Source: Candidatus Lindowbacteria bacterium RIFCSPLOWO2_12_FULL_62_27
GTDB taxonomy: Bacteria > Lindowbacteria > 2-12-FULL-62-27
NCBI GenBank assembly: GCA_001784175.1
Contig: MFPR01000040.1
Location: 44,955 to 108,954, forward strand
Direction of reading: 5' to 3'
Length of the DNA stretch: 64,000 nucleotides
Program-made: the position numbers and the translations under genes
Shown: piece by piece, positions 44,667 through 54,009 of the stretch
Position numbering within the stretch: the first letter of the stretch is position 1
Layout of the letters: every line of letters begins with the position of its first letter
The notes under the pieces: generated by a model
Told to the model about the DNA's origin: nothing
The model's input: the letters and a program-made list of their open reading frames with translations, nothing else
Database searches by the model: none

Positions 44667-47600
44667 ATGATGAAAGCGCTTTCAACAACGAGGTATCCGG
44701 AAATCCGATGGGCGACGATTGGGCTGGTCAGTGCACTCATACTTTCCTGCTGGTTTTGTATCGCCTATGCTTCTCCGAATCTGGCGTTGAACAAGTCCGT
44801 CACCGTGTCGAGCGCGGAAGGCGGGAACGTCGGATCGAACGCGGTCGATGGGAATTCCGGAACCCGCTGGAGCAGCGATTTCAGGGATCCGCAATGGATA
44901 CGGGTGGACCTCGGGTCGACGGCGGCGGTCAACCGCGTTGTTCTGAACTGGGAGGCGGCCTACGGGCGGGAGTATCGGATTCAGGCTTCTTCCAACGGCG
45001 TCGATTTTACGGACATCCTCTATATTAATAATGGCGATGGCGGATTTGACGACCTCGGGTTTGCTCCGGTTCAAACGCGATATGTCCGGTTGTACGGGAT
45101 CGCGCGCGGCACGCCCTGGGGATACTCGCTGTGGGAGCTCGAAGTCTACGTCGATGACGAGTCGCCGGCCGCGCCCGTCGTGAACGCGACGTCGGCGTGG
45201 TCGAACATCGAGATGGAGGCGCGGACGATCAGCGGGACGGTGGAGCCGAACGCGACGGTGATCCCGTACGTAGAGGTGTTCGGGTCGTCGTACGAGCAGA
45301 CGAACGTGCAGGCGGGCGGCGACGGCAACTGGAGCGCGCCGGTGAACATCTGGGGACCGGACGGGACGGAGTTCAAAGTCTACGCGGCCGCGCGGGACGC
45401 GGCCGGCAACTGGAGTGGGCGGTCGAACGAGCAGATCATCCGAAAAGATTTGTCGGCGCCGGCGGCGCCCGTCGTGAACGTGACCTCGGCGTGGTCGAAC
45501 GTGGAGCAGGAGGCGCGGACGATCAGCGGGACGGCGGAGGCGAACGCGACCGTGATCCCGTACGTCGAGGTGTTCGGATCGTCGTATGAGCAGACGAACG
45601 CGCAGGCGGGACCCGACGGGACCTGGAGCGCGACGGTGAACATCTGGGGTCCGCACGGGACGGAGTTCAAAGTATATGCGGCGGCGAGGGACGCGGCCGG
45701 CCACTGGAGCGGGCGGTCGAGCGATCAGACGATTCGAAAAGACCTCCTCGCGCCGGCGACGCCTCTTCTTTATCCGATGTCGCCCTGGTCCACCACTGAA
45801 AACGAGGTCCGGATTATCTCGGGCCGCGCTGAGCCTTACACGACGATCGTTCCGTATGTTTCGGTTCTCGGCAACGGCACCTTCGAGCAGACGAGCGTGC
45901 GGGCCGACACGAGCGGTTCGTGGCTGGCCACGGTCAATCTGTTCGGGCCTGACGCATCTGAATTTGATATTTATGTTCAGGCCTTGGACGACGCGGGCAA
46001 CGCCAGCCCCCGCTCGAACTTGGATCACGTCCGCAAGGATGTCTCGGCCCCGGCCGCGCCGGAGGTGTTCGCGACATCGGAGTGGTCGAACATCGAGAAC
46101 GAGGCGCGGACCATCAGCGGCGTCACGGAACCTTACGCGACGGTCGCGCCGTTTGTAGAAGTGGTCGGCATCGGCACGTGGGAACAGGCGAACGTTGCGG
46201 CCGACGCGTTCGGCGCCTGGAGCGCCTCCGTCAATATCTGGGGGCCCGACGCCACCGAGTTTCATATCTACGGCGTCGCCAAAGACGCGGCCGGCAATGT
46301 CGGGCCGCGGTCGAACGCGCTGACCGTCCGCAAGGACCTCGTCGCGCCGGTCATCACGATCGATGCGGTCGAAAGCCCGACCGATCAGGACGTGACGCTG
46401 CGGTATACGGTGGTGGACGCCAACCCGACGGCCGTCACGGGAGACAACAGTCCCTACACGGCCGAGGGCGAGCACACCGCGACGCTGACCGCGACCGACG
46501 CGGCCGGAAACAGTTCGAGCGCGTCCATCACGTTCGTCATCCATCGCGCGCCTCCGCCGCCGGTCGACGGCGCCGCGCCGGTGACGACGCTTTCCATCGA
46601 TCTCATCAACGAATCCACCAAGACCGCGATCTCGCAGAGCCTGGTGACGCTGAGCGCAGAGGACGCCGCGGGCGAGGGCGCCTCGGGCGTGGCGGCGATC
46701 GAGTTCCGGTTTGACGACGGCGCATTTCTGAACTACGCCGGCGCATTCACTCTGGAGGGGTTGGCCTTGGGCGCGCACACGCTGGAGTACCGGAGCCGCG
46801 ACGTGGCCGGCAATGTCGAGACGGCGCACCGGCTGGAGTTCAGCGTGGCCGACGCGCTGGCGATTTCGCGACAGACCAACGAGGGCATCGCGCCGAACCT
46901 CCTCGTGTGGCTGAACTACCGGGAGGGCAAGGGATCGAACAGCGGCAAGCTCTTTGCGGATGGTGAGGATGAGGTCGACGTGGCGCTCCTCGATCAGGTT
47001 CTGGCGGACGCCGGCGCGCTGTCGGTCACGAAGGTCGTGTCGCGCCAGGATTACGTCAAGGCGCTGCGCAGCGGCGATTACAACGCGTATCTCATTTTGG
47101 GCAACCGGTCGAACTCAAAGAACGCCGGCACGTACGACGAGGAGCTTCGCGAGCGCGTGCGCCGCGGAGAAGCGGTGGTGGCATCATTCTGGCGGAGCGG
47201 CCGGCTGGCCGACGCGCGGGTGGAGGGCCGCAGTGTGTGGGGCGCGCTGGTGCGCGACGGCAAGACCGGGAAGCGCGATCTGACCGCGACGTTTTTCGGC
47301 GGCAACCTCGTGGCGGACACGCTGTCGATCCAAGCCGACGGCAAGACGCGGCGGGTGAGTCTGAGCGCCAAGGATCAGAGTCCGGACGTGTCCGTGATCG
47401 GCGTCGTCGACTGCGGCGCCGGCGCTCCGGACGACGAGTGCGAGGACCCGGACGGCGGCGATGACGACGAGTGCGGCGACGACGACGGCTGCGGGGACGA
47501 CGGCCCTGAAATCCAAAATCCAAAATCCAAAATCCAAAATCTCAATCAGAGCGTGGCCGTGAGCAACTCGTATCATCAGGGGCGCGCCGTTTACGTGCCG

Positions 47601-48329
47601 TTTGACTTGGGCGCGGCGCTGACGGCGGGCAACGCGGGTCAGATCAAGGACGTGCTCCGGTCGGCTCTGACGTTCTCGCGACCGGAAGTGACGACCGTGG
47701 TGGAAGGCCAGAGCGTGATGGTGTCGATTCAAGTGTCCTCGCCCGTCGTGGATCTTCTGACGAAGACTGAAGTGTCCCTGCCGGCGCAGGTCGCCGTGGT
47801 GAACACTTCGGCCGGCGCGGACTTGGGCGAGGCCGGCAAGATCAAGTGGCTGGTGACGGTGGCGGCGGGCGGGGGCGCGAATCTTATGTTCACCGTGAAA
47901 TTCCCGGACGGCGACCGCTCGGCAGCGGCCTTCACGACCACCGTTTCCTACTTCGTGCGCGGCCGGTTCTATCCGGTCTCGAATTCGTTTATCGTTGTCG
48001 TCGACGGCGGCGACGTGGACGCGCTCGTTCAGGCCGCCTCGGCGGACATTTCGGCGTTGGCGGTGAGCGGCAAGAAGGACCGCCATTACCAGGAAAAGGC
48101 CGTTCGGGAGCTGGCCCGGATCAAGGACCGCCATCTGGACGGGGCCGGAAAAGTCCGCGACGCGCTCAGGAACTGGAAGGACGCCGTGTACGGCAACCTC
48201 CTGCGGATCGAGACGGCGGACCCCGCCGCTTTGAGCGCGATCCGCGACCGGCTGACGACCCTGATGCTGGTGCTGGAGCGGAAGTTCGTGACAGCCGCCG
48301 CCACCCATGGAGACCTGGCGAGCAACTGA
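44667..48329 (+). CDS. giant surface protein: N-terminal F5/8 type C domain, six tandem bacterial Ig-like repeats, HYR-like region, an acidic Cys-rich cluster and a large C-terminal region of unknown function
   Basis: GGAG upstream. TM/signal segment. Discoidin ..GTRWSSDFRDPQWIRVDLG..GYSLWELEVYVD. Repeats of about 96 aa (..APVVNATSAWSNIEMEARTISGT..). DCGAGAPDDECEDPDGGDDDECGDDDGCGDD followed by an in-frame PEIQNPKSKIQN linker. Confidence 0.75.
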   Translation: MMKALSTTRYPEIRWATIGLVSALILSCWFCIAYASPNLALNKSVTVSSAEGGNVGSNAVDGNSGTRWSSDFRDPQWIRVDLGSTAAVNRVVLNWEAAYGREYRIQASSNGVDFTDILYINNGDGGFDDLGFAPVQTRYVRLYGIARGTPWGYSLWELEVYVDDESPAAPVVNATSAWSNIEMEARTISGTVEPNATVIPYVEVFGSSYEQTNVQAGGDGNWSAPVNIWGPDGTEFKVYAAARDAAGNWSGRSNEQIIRKDLSAPAAPVVNVTSAWSNVEQEARTISGTAEANATVIPYVEVFGSSYEQTNAQAGPDGTWSATVNIWGPHGTEFKVYAAARDAAGHWSGRSSDQTIRKDLLAPATPLLYPMSPWSTTENEVRIISGRAEPYTTIVPYVSVLGNGTFEQTSVRADTSGSWLATVNLFGPDASEFDIYVQALDDAGNASPRSNLDHVRKDVSAPAAPEVFATSEWSNIENEARTISGVTEPYATVAPFVEVVGIGTWEQANVAADAFGAWSASVNIWGPDATEFHIYGVAKDAAGNVGPRSNALTVRKDLVAPVITIDAVESPTDQDVTLRYTVVDANPTAVTGDNSPYTAEGEHTATLTATDAAGNSSSASITFVIHRAPPPPVDGAAPVTTLSIDLINESTKTAISQSLVTLSAEDAAGEGASGVAAIEFRFDDGAFLNYAGAFTLEGLALGAHTLEYRSRDVAGNVETAHRLEFSVADALAISRQTNEGIAPNLLVWLNYREGKGSNSGKLFADGEDEVDVALLDQVLADAGALSVTKVVSRQDYVKALRSGDYNAYLILGNRSNSKNAGTYDEELRERVRRGEAVVASFWRSGRLADARVEGRSVWGALVRDGKTGKRDLTATFFGGNLVADTLSIQADGKTRRVSLSAKDQSPDVSVIGVVDCGAGAPDDECEDPDGGDDDECGDDDGCGDDGPEIQNPKSKIQNLNQSVAVSNSYHQGRAVYVPFDLGAALTAGNAGQIKDVLRSALTFSRPEVTTVVEGQSVMVSIQVSSPVVDLLTKTEVSLPAQVAVVNTSAGADLGEAGKIKWLVTVAAGGGANLMFTVKFPDGDRSAAAFTTTVSYFVRGRFYPVSNSFIVVVDGGDVDALVQAASADISALAVSGKKDRHYQEKAVRELARIKDRHLDGAGKVRDALRNWKDAVYGNLLRIETADPAALSAIRDRLTTLMLVLERKFVTAAATHGDLASN
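45161..45742. repeat. tandem duplication, 2 x 291 bp near-identical units (bacterial Ig-like repeat), followed by about four more diverged units
   Basis: gtcgccggccgcgcccgtcgtgaacgcgac..aaagatttg recurs at 45452 with about 90% identity. Protein repeat APVVN(A/V)TSAWSN(I/V)E.EARTISGT.E.NATVIPYVEVFGSSYEQTN.QAG.DG.WSA.VNIWGP.GTEFKVYAAARDAAG.WSGRS. Confidence 0.8.
47509..47541. repeat. heptamer mini-element (CCAAAAT)x4.5, in frame as ..PEIQNPKSKIQNL.., directly after an acidic Cys cluster
   Basis: aaatccaaaatccaaaatccaaaatccaaaatc inside CDS 44667..48329. Confidence 0.9.
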
Positions 48330-48368
48330 CATGGCATGATTCGGAACACTTATTTGTCCACGACCCAA

Positions 48369-48410
48369 CCTCTGTCCCTAGCCCTCCAAGGGACAGGGGT
48401 TGAATTTTTT
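48369..48410 (+). terminator. intrinsic terminator after CDS 44667..48329
   Basis: Hairpin CTGTCCCT..AGGGACAGGGG followed by TTGAATTTTTT. Confidence 0.6.
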
Positions 48411-48462
48411 ATCCGCGGATGCGTCACTGCCGGCGTGGAGAGACGAAAAAGACGAAAAGGGG

Positions 48463-48523
48463 CCGGGTATTGACTAAAGTGACTTATTTCAGGCTGGAAC
48501 AAGTCAATAAAGTCAATACCCGG
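48463..48523. promoter_or_regulatory. 13-bp perfect inverted repeat CCGGGTATTGACT-N35-AGTCAATACCCGG upstream of CDS 48569..49981; direct repeats GACGAAAA x2 (48441-48458) and CCGTATGCGGCC-like x3 (48520-48566) flank it
   Basis: Directly readable. Function unknown (operator, attenuator or terminator). Confidence 0.5.
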
Positions 48524-48568
48524 CCCCATATGCGGCCCCCGTATGCGGCCCCGTATGCCCCGGCCCGT

Positions 48569-49981
48569 ATGCGTGTGAAACGCCTATTATATTTCTGGTT
48601 TCTGTTCACCGTCATTGTCTGGTCTGCGTCCCAGGAAGCACTGGGACTTTCGGTCGGATTCACCGCACCGGAATTTTCCGCCGATGATCTTTATGGCCGG
48701 CCCCTGAAACTCTCGGATCACCGGGGCAAGTGGATATTTCTGGATTTCTGGGCAACCTGGTGCGGTCCCTGCCGATCGGAGACGCCGCATCTGATGGATG
48801 CGTATCGCCAGTATCATGGGCATCCGATTGAATTTGTTTCGGTGAGCCTTGACAACGACAAGGAGGAGTTGATCCGGTACACACAGGAACTTGGTTTGCC
48901 CTTCCGGCAGATTTTTTCCGGCAAGGGTTGGAATGATCCCATCTCCAGACTCTACGGCGTGCGGGCCATCCCCGAAAATTTTCTGATCGATCCAACCGGC
49001 CGAATTCTGGCGATGAGTCTGAGGGGTGGAGCTCTTCAGGAAAAGCTCAGAGACATTTTTTCATCCGCCAAGCCCGTCAAACGATCCCAGCCGGAACTTG
49101 AGATTCCGCCGAGCGGCGCGCTTGAGGTTCTCGACCGGGAAAGGGCCCTTTTAAAGGGAGACCTCCAAGTCAGCGCGTCCCGCGAAGTGGACGAGCGCGG
49201 GATGCTGACGGTGGAAGACCGGCAGATACAGTTGCCCGGCGGAGCATTCATTTCGAATCCCGGGCCGGAACTGCCCGAATCCGAGCAGGAATTTCTGGCA
49301 AGATCGCAATTGACAGAAATGCCGCCGAGTCCATTTGGAGGGATATGGGTGTACATTAAAACACCCCATCAACCGACGTTTACCCTGCATGCCTTCGATG
49401 CCGAAGGCGCGCTGAGATTCAGTTATCATGTCTCGCCGATTTCGAAGCCGGTCTGGTATGACCGGGTCGAAGGCGATTTGGTTCTGGGCTCGGCCCGTGA
49501 CAATCTCCTTTGGACGCCGCCGTGGGAGCAACCGGGTCTGGGCGTTGTGATCGCCCGCGCGCTGCGAAAACAAACCAACTCGGATGTGGGCCTCTATCCG
49601 GCACTGGCCATCCGGGGAAACATTCCCAAAGGAGATGTCCGGCGCTCTCATCTCGAGGATGCAATCGTCGGATCAGATTCCGTGGTTGTATTATTCATGA
49701 AGGGTACCATTCTAACGAACCTTTTGAGCCAAGCGCACTCGAATGAGAACTGGGTTCATGTATCGGGCGCATCGGTTGAATCTCGAGAGATGGGACCGGG
49801 GATGCCTTTGATGACCACCCGTCTCGAAGATGGAACGATGGCAGGTCTTTCGAAATCCTATACCGTCGCGGCCCCGGCTTGCATGGCGGCAACAATAAAG
49901 GCGGCCACCGTAAAATGGGTCGGATCAAACGTAGTGGAAACCGTGTCCAATTACGTCTCTTCGGTCAGGCAAATCCCGTGA
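48569..49981 (+). CDS. secreted TlpA-like thioredoxin domain protein with a C-terminal 5'-nucleotidase-C-like/unknown domain
   Basis: Signal peptide MRVKRLLYFWFLFTVIVWSA. ..GKWIFLDFWATWCGPCRSETPHL... The C-terminal ..ALAIRGNIPKGDVRRSHLEDAIVGSDSVVVLFMKGTIL.. resembles 5'-nucleotidase C-terminal domains, but only weakly. Confidence 0.65.
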   Translation: MRVKRLLYFWFLFTVIVWSASQEALGLSVGFTAPEFSADDLYGRPLKLSDHRGKWIFLDFWATWCGPCRSETPHLMDAYRQYHGHPIEFVSVSLDNDKEELIRYTQELGLPFRQIFSGKGWNDPISRLYGVRAIPENFLIDPTGRILAMSLRGGALQEKLRDIFSSAKPVKRSQPELEIPPSGALEVLDRERALLKGDLQVSASREVDERGMLTVEDRQIQLPGGAFISNPGPELPESEQEFLARSQLTEMPPSPFGGIWVYIKTPHQPTFTLHAFDAEGALRFSYHVSPISKPVWYDRVEGDLVLGSARDNLLWTPPWEQPGLGVVIARALRKQTNSDVGLYPALAIRGNIPKGDVRRSHLEDAIVGSDSVVVLFMKGTILTNLLSQAHSNENWVHVSGASVESREMGPGMPLMTTRLEDGTMAGLSKSYTVAAPACMAATIKAATVKWVGSNVVETVSNYVSSVRQIP

Positions 49982-52900
49982 TCGCCTTTTTGAGAAGCGC
50001 GTGTATTGGCATCCTGATCTGGTGGTCCTGCGTTTCGGAGTGTGTGCACGCGCAGGTGACCGCGACGGCGTCGAGCGAGGACAACGCCGAACTCGCGGCG
50101 GACCGTGCTGTCGACGGGAACGTGCAGACCCGGTGGTCGAGCAAGTTCGAGGACAAGCAGTGGCTGGAGATCGATCTCGGAGAGGCCCGGGACATTTCCG
50201 GACTGTACATTTTCTGGGAAGCCGCGTACGCGAAGGAATATGATGTTCAGGTTTCGACTGACCGGGCGGACTGGAGTACCGTCCATTCGACGCGGGACGG
50301 CCGGGGCGGGACCGACAAGCTTTTTTTCTCAGGCCGGCCGGTCCGTTACGTCAAGATCGACTGCCTGAAGCGTGGCACGGACTGGGGGAACTCGATCTAT
50401 GAAGTCCAGTTCAGGTCCGCCGAGCCTGCCGCCGCGGGTGGCGCGGGGGGGATGCGTCTTCTCGAGGATTTCGAATCGACCGACGGCTGGGCCGAGATCA
50501 AATCCCAGGGCGCGGAGTTTCGCCTGTCGACCGAGCGCGGGCCCGAGGATAAAGCGCTTGGACTGAACTTCGAGTTTCCTTCACCGCTCGGCTACGTCGT
50601 GGCGGGCAAGGACGTGGACCTGTCCCTTCCGGAGGATTACAAGCTGTCGTTTCTCGTCAAGGGCGAAGGCCCGCCGAACACGATCGAGTTCAAGCTGATG
50701 GACGAGGCCGGCAACACCTACTGGAAGAAATTCGAGGAATTTGAATTTCCGCCGGACTGGAAAGAAATATCGGTCCGGAAAAAACAGGTTGTCTTTGCGT
50801 GGGGTCCGTCCGGCGGCGGGTCCATCCGGGACGTCCGGCGGATTGAATTCGGCGTTTCGTGCGGCCAAGGCGGTAAGGGCCGGCTCCTGATCGACAAGCT
50901 GTCGATCACGGATGTCTCCGCGTCGAAAACGCGCTTTTCCCCGAGCGTGACCGCATCGACGTCCGAGAAAGACGAATTTAGCGCGGCGCGCGCGGTCGAC
51001 GGCGACCGAGGCACGCGGTGGTCGAGTTTGTTCGAGGACGGCCAGTGGCTGGAGCTGGACTTGGGCGAGGTGCGGGAATTCGTCGGGCTGACCATTCACT
51101 GGGAAGCGGCGCACGCGAAGGAGTACGATGTATCGATATCGACCGACCGCGAGAGCTGGACGCGCGTGTATACGACGGACGCAAGCGAGGGTGGCGTGGC
51201 GGACCTGTATTTCAAAAAGCGGACGGCGCGGTACATCCGGATCGACTGTCGCAAGCGCGCGACAGGGTGGGGGAACTCGATCTGGGAGGTAGAGCTGAAG
51301 GGGCCGGAGGAGGAAGTGCGGCTGAGCGCGTCGTCGTCGGATGATCTGGCCGAAAACGCGCTGGACGGCGACCTGACCACGGCGTGGAGCAGCGGGCCGT
51401 CCGACAGCGCCTGGATTATGTGCGATCTGGGCCGGCCGCGCGACATCGGGGCCGTCTTTATCTCGTGGTCCGAGGATTTTGCGCGTTCCTATGACGTGTA
51501 TTTTTCCCGGGACCTTGCGCAATGGGACCGCCGGTTTTCGAGCCGGCGTGGCAACGGCGGCCGCGACCGGCTGGTGTTCAAAGATCTGGAGGCGAGGTAC
51601 GTCATGATCCACGGGCAGGAAGGCGCGGGCGGGCGGGGAATCGGGGTCCGCGAGATCGAGGTGAAGGGATCGGAGTATTCCGGCGACCGCAACACCTTTT
51701 ACGAGATCGCGGCCGAAGAGGCGCCGCGCGGATTTTATCCGAAGTATTTTTCCAAACAGCAATCCTACTGGACGGTCGTCGGCGTGAGCGAGGACAAGGA
51801 GGAGGCGCTGATCAACGAAGAGGGCGCGTTCGAAGTCGGGCGGGAGCAGTTTTCGGTGGAGCCGTTTGTGTACGTGAACGATCGGCTGATCACTTGGGCG
51901 GACGTCACGGCGTCGCAGTCGCTTGAAAAAGACTATCTGCCGATCCCGTCTGTTCAGTGGACGCATCCGGAGGTCGGGTTGACCGTCCAACTGTTCGCGC
52001 ATGGCCCGCCCGGCGGGTCTTCGATGTATGCCGGCTATCGGGTGAGCAATCCGACCGAAGAGAGGCTTCAGGGGAAACTCTTTCTGGCCATTCGGCCGTT
52101 TCAGGTCAACCCTCCGTGGCAGACGCTGAACCAGAAGGGAGGCGTGGCGATAATATCCAGTATCGAGTATGGCGGCGGCGCCGTGTCCGTCAACGGCGGA
52201 AAAAAAGTGATTCCGCTGGTTCGACCGGCAGGGTTCGGCGCGGTCTCGTCCGCGTCCGGTGATGTTACGGATTATCTGCAGAACGGCCGGGTGCCACCGG
52301 AAGGGTCGGTCACCGATGGGGATGCTCTGGCATCGGGCGCGTTGGAATTTCCGTTCGATCTCGGCGCCGGCGAATCGGCGTGGGTTTATCTGGCCGTTCC
52401 GTTTCATGACCGCATGCCGGCCGGCATCGGAGACGCTGGCCCGGCCGCAAGTCCAAACATGGAGGTGGACCGCGCGAGAGAATTGTATGAGAAGCGCCTG
52501 GCGGAAACGGCGGGCTGGTGGGACGACCGGCTGAGCCGGGTGACGTTCAAGGTTCCGGAGAAAGCGCAAAAATTCGTGAACGCGCTGAAATCCAATCTCG
52601 CCTACATTTTCATCAACCGGGACGGCTACCGGATCCAGCCGGGGTCGAGGTCCTACCTGCGGTCGTGGATCCGGGACGGGGCGATGACGTCGTCGGCGAT
52701 TTTGCGGATGGGAAACATCCAGGAGGTGCGGGAGTATCTCTCGTGGTATGCGCCCAACCTGTTCGAAGACGGCCGTGTCCCCTGCGTGGTGGACGACCGG
52801 GGCGCGGACGGCACGCCGGAGAACGACTCGAACGGCGAGTTCATCTACGGATTTTTGCAGTACTATTATTTCACGCAGGACAAGGCGTTCCTGAGGGAGC

Positions 52901-54009
52901 ATTTCCCGAGCCTCCGGAAAGCCGCGGATTTCATCATTCAGATGCGGAATCAGCGAAAGACCGACGAATACAAAAACGGCGGGCCCGAAAAGCGGATGCT
53001 GTACGGGCTGGTGCCGGAATCGATCAGCCACGAAGGTTATTCGGCCAAGCCGGCCCATTCGCACTGGGACAATTTCTTTTCGCTGAAGGGCCTGAAGGAC
53101 GCCGCGACGATCTGCGAGATTCTCGGGGAATCCGACATGGCCGCGAGCTACCGGCGGGAGGTCGACGATTACCGGGCGTGCCTGTACGACTCGATCCGCC
53201 GATCGATGGAATTTTTCAAGACCGATTTCATTCCGGGCGCGGCCGATCTCGGAGACTTTGACGCGACGTCGACGTCGATCGGTGTTTTCCCCTGCGGCGA
53301 GCTTGGCCACATTCCGCAGGAGGCGTTGATACGCACATTCGACAAATACTACGCCGATCTCGAAAAGCGCCTGATCCCGGGAAACAACTGGGGCGAGGCC
53401 TACACGCCGTATGAAATCCGAAGCTGCCGGACGTTCATGATCATGGGGCAGAAGGATCGCGCGGCCGTCATGTTCGACTTTTTCTTCAACGACTGCCGCC
53501 CGCGCGCGTGGAACCACTGGGCCGAGGTCGTCTGGCGCCTTCCGGAGACGCCGCGGTTCATCGGCGACATGCCGCACACGTGGATCGGGTCGGACTACAT
53601 GAACACGGTCCGGAGCATGTTCGTGTATGAGCAGGAGGAGGACCGCTCATTGATTTTGGGCGCCGGGATTTTCGAGGATTGGCTGGACGGCGGGGAGGAA
53701 GTCGGCATCGAACGGGCGCCGACGTACTGGGGATCGGTGAACTTCTCCATGAAGCGCGCCGGCGATCAGACGCTCCTCGTGCGGGTCTGGGGGGACGCTG
53801 CGCCGCCAGGGAAGATCTACGTCCGCCCGCCGCTCAAGGCGCCGATCCGGTCGGTGAAGATCGACCAAACGCCGGCTGGTGAGGTGGCGTATGAGCCGCC
53901 GCGTACGGATTCAAAGGATTGTGCGTCGTGTCCGAAGGGAAGCGGGACGTGGGCGTCAGCCGGGATCCGGGTGGATCAACTGCCGGCGGATATCCAGATC
54001 AATTATTAA
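49978..54009 (+). CDS. secreted protein with three N-terminal F5/8 type C domains and a C-terminal six-hairpin (alpha/alpha)6 glycosidase-like domain (GH15-like W-x-R-D motif)
   Basis: The GTG at 49978 overlaps the upstream stop (GTGA). Three discoidin repeats (..RWSSKFEDKQWLEIDLG.., ..RWSSLFEDGQWLELDLG.., ..AWSSGPSDSAWIMCDLG..). ..SYLRSWIRDGAMTSSAIL.. motif in the C-terminal barrel. Confidence 0.7.
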   Translation: MIAFLRSACIGILIWWSCVSECVHAQVTATASSEDNAELAADRAVDGNVQTRWSSKFEDKQWLEIDLGEARDISGLYIFWEAAYAKEYDVQVSTDRADWSTVHSTRDGRGGTDKLFFSGRPVRYVKIDCLKRGTDWGNSIYEVQFRSAEPAAAGGAGGMRLLEDFESTDGWAEIKSQGAEFRLSTERGPEDKALGLNFEFPSPLGYVVAGKDVDLSLPEDYKLSFLVKGEGPPNTIEFKLMDEAGNTYWKKFEEFEFPPDWKEISVRKKQVVFAWGPSGGGSIRDVRRIEFGVSCGQGGKGRLLIDKLSITDVSASKTRFSPSVTASTSEKDEFSAARAVDGDRGTRWSSLFEDGQWLELDLGEVREFVGLTIHWEAAHAKEYDVSISTDRESWTRVYTTDASEGGVADLYFKKRTARYIRIDCRKRATGWGNSIWEVELKGPEEEVRLSASSSDDLAENALDGDLTTAWSSGPSDSAWIMCDLGRPRDIGAVFISWSEDFARSYDVYFSRDLAQWDRRFSSRRGNGGRDRLVFKDLEARYVMIHGQEGAGGRGIGVREIEVKGSEYSGDRNTFYEIAAEEAPRGFYPKYFSKQQSYWTVVGVSEDKEEALINEEGAFEVGREQFSVEPFVYVNDRLITWADVTASQSLEKDYLPIPSVQWTHPEVGLTVQLFAHGPPGGSSMYAGYRVSNPTEERLQGKLFLAIRPFQVNPPWQTLNQKGGVAIISSIEYGGGAVSVNGGKKVIPLVRPAGFGAVSSASGDVTDYLQNGRVPPEGSVTDGDALASGALEFPFDLGAGESAWVYLAVPFHDRMPAGIGDAGPAASPNMEVDRARELYEKRLAETAGWWDDRLSRVTFKVPEKAQKFVNALKSNLAYIFINRDGYRIQPGSRSYLRSWIRDGAMTSSAILRMGNIQEVREYLSWYAPNLFEDGRVPCVVDDRGADGTPENDSNGEFIYGFLQYYYFTQDKAFLREHFPSLRKAADFIIQMRNQRKTDEYKNGGPEKRMLYGLVPESISHEGYSAKPAHSHWDNFFSLKGLKDAATICEILGESDMAASYRREVDDYRACLYDSIRRSMEFFKTDFIPGAADLGDFDATSTSIGVFPCGELGHIPQEALIRTFDKYYADLEKRLIPGNNWGEAYTPYEIRSCRTFMIMGQKDRAAVMFDFFFNDCRPRAWNHWAEVVWRLPETPRFIGDMPHTWIGSDYMNTVRSMFVYEQEEDRSLILGAGIFEDWLDGGEEVGIERAPTYWGSVNFSMKRAGDQTLLVRVWGDAAPPGKIYVRPPLKAPIRSVKIDQTPAGEVAYEPPRTDSKDCASCPKGSGTWASAGIRVDQLPADIQINY

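Noticed and set aside
9530-47541. Heptamer arrays considered as CRISPR arrays or classical VNTRs
   Set aside because: Units are 7 nt with no spacers, each array is only about 30 nt, and the arrays are dispersed inside ORFs with conserved flanks. No cas genes are present.
7520-54009. Upstream in-frame ATG starts given by the ORF track (7520, 13717, 19973, 27315, 34008, 39043, 48419, 49879, 53919)
   Set aside because: Each would overlap the preceding gene by 30-300 nt. A start codon sits exactly at the upstream stop (ATGA/GTGA/TAATG), or a Shine-Dalgarno-like motif precedes an internal ATG (27750, 48569), and a signal peptide follows. 19973 versus 20027 remains ambiguous.
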